Source: Oscillospiraceae bacterium
Lineage (GTDB): Bacteria > Bacillota > Clostridia > Oscillospirales > Ruminococcaceae
Reading direction: 5' to 3'
Assembly: GCA_045655125.1 (NCBI GenBank)
Contig: JAZOOR010000050.1
Coordinates: 282 to 24,281, forward strand
Length of the DNA: 24,000 bases
Shown here: piece after piece, positions 23,244 through 24,000 of the stretch
Numbering within the stretch: the first letter of the stretch is position 1
Layout: every line of letters starts with the position of its first letter
Translations under genes and position numbers: made by a program
The notes under the pieces: generated by a model
Told to the model about the DNA's origin: nothing
Database searches by the model: none
Seen by the model: only the letters and a program-made list of their open reading frames with translations

Positions 23244-24000
23244 ATGGTAATTCCCGTTAAAACTACTCAGGGGTCATATGATATTATTTTAGAGCGAGGC
23301 GCACTTTTAAAGGCAGGAGAATACTTGAATCTAAACAGACGCACCCTTATCGTAACCGATAGCGGTGTTCCAGAGGAGTACGCAAAAACAGTTGCCGCCG
23401 CCTCAAAGTTCCCGAGTATTGTTACTATAAAAGAGGGAGAAGCCTCAAAGCAGATGGATACACTTAGGATTCTGCTCGAGACTCTTGTGAATGGCTCCTT
23501 TACCCGCACCGACTGTGTTGTGGCGGTCGGTGGCGGAGTGGTGGGTGACCTTGCAGGGTTTGCCGCCAGCATTTTTATGCGAGGAATTGATTTTTATAAT
23601 ATACCCACAACAGTTCTTTCTCAGGTGGACTCTTCAATAGGCGGCAAAACCGCCATTGACTTTATGGGAATTAAAAATATAGTCGGTGCCTTTTATCCGC
23701 CAAAAAGGGTAATAATTGATGCCGACACACTCGAAACGCTCCCGCCCCGCCAGATTTCCAATGGACTTTCTGAGGCATTAAAAATGGCGGTGACAAGTGA
23801 TAGTGAGCTTTTTGAGATTTTTGAAAAAAAGGATGCAATAGAAAATATAGATACAATTATTGAACGCTCACTCAGAATAAAAAAACAGGTTGTAGAAGAA
23901 GACGAGAGGGAAACAGGACTTCGCAAGATTTTAAATTTCGGTCACACCCTTGCACATGCGATAGAGAGCGCCAATGAGATGCAGGGGCTTTATCACGGAG
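23244..24000 (+). CDS. aroB: 3-dehydroquinate synthase, 3' end outside window (absent from the ORF track because no stop is reached)
   Basis: Hand translation from the ATG at 23244 is open to the window end: MVIPVKTTQGSYDIILERG...LIVTDSGVPEEY...VAVGGGVVGDLAGFAASIFMRGIDFYNIPTTVLSQVDSSIGGKTAID...NFGHTLAHAIE. These are the classic AroB motifs. Confidence 0.88.
   Translation, partial: MVIPVKTTQGSYDIILERGALLKAGEYLNLNRRTLIVTDSGVPEEYAKTVAAASKFPSIVTIKEGEASKQMDTLRILLETLVNGSFTRTDCVVAVGGGVVGDLAGFAASIFMRGIDFYNIPTTVLSQVDSSIGGKTAIDFMGIKNIVGAFYPPKRVIIDADTLETLPPRQISNGLSEALKMAVTSDSELFEIFEKKDAIENIDTIIERSLRIKKQVVEEDERETGLRKILNFGHTLAHAIESANEMQGLYHG

Noticed and set aside
1-24000. A search for CRISPR arrays, IS/transposase or integrase genes, tRNA/rRNA genes and long direct repeats.
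   Set aside because: I found none. The only substantial repeats are the paralogous T-box+ligase units and the ~27-nt promoter block, both reported above.

Overview
This is a chromosomal segment of Bacillota (Clostridia-like) type, judged from GGAGG ribosome-binding sites, T-box leaders and ferredoxin enzymes. Almost all real genes are on the + strand. (1) 1-5153 holds an ordinary arginine cluster, argC (5' end cut by the window)-argJ-argB-argD-argF. (2) 5169-14813 holds two tandem paralogous units. Each has a sigma-A promoter, a T-box leader and an acyl-CoA synthetase with an N-terminal HTH+cupin module. My reading of the specifier codons is AUC (Ile) and GUA (Val). The second unit continues into a P-loop NTPase, a four-subunit 2-oxoacid:ferredoxin oxidoreductase and a branched-chain aminotransferase. 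I read this as a tRNA-charging-gated route from branched short-chain fatty acids to Ile/Val by reductive carboxylation. (3) 14820-15560 is a small AT-rich insert with a minus-strand RHH + XRE-HTH pair, a divergent 54-aa ORF and palindromic operators; two of these ORFs are too short for the ORF track. (4) 15587-20680 holds a third T-box (probably CUC, Leu). It precedes an isopropylmalate-synthase-like protein whose catalytic motifs are all substituted, a TIM-barrel::acyl-CoA ligase fusion and an amidohydrolase-2 protein. (5) 20701-24000 holds a promoter, a 22-codon Phe/Tyr-rich leader peptide and an intrinsic terminator (a candidate attenuator), then an aminotransferase, pheA and aroB (3' end cut by the window). 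I saw no rRNA, tRNA, CRISPR array, transposase or integrase. All calls rest on reading motifs by eye; no searches or folding programs were run.
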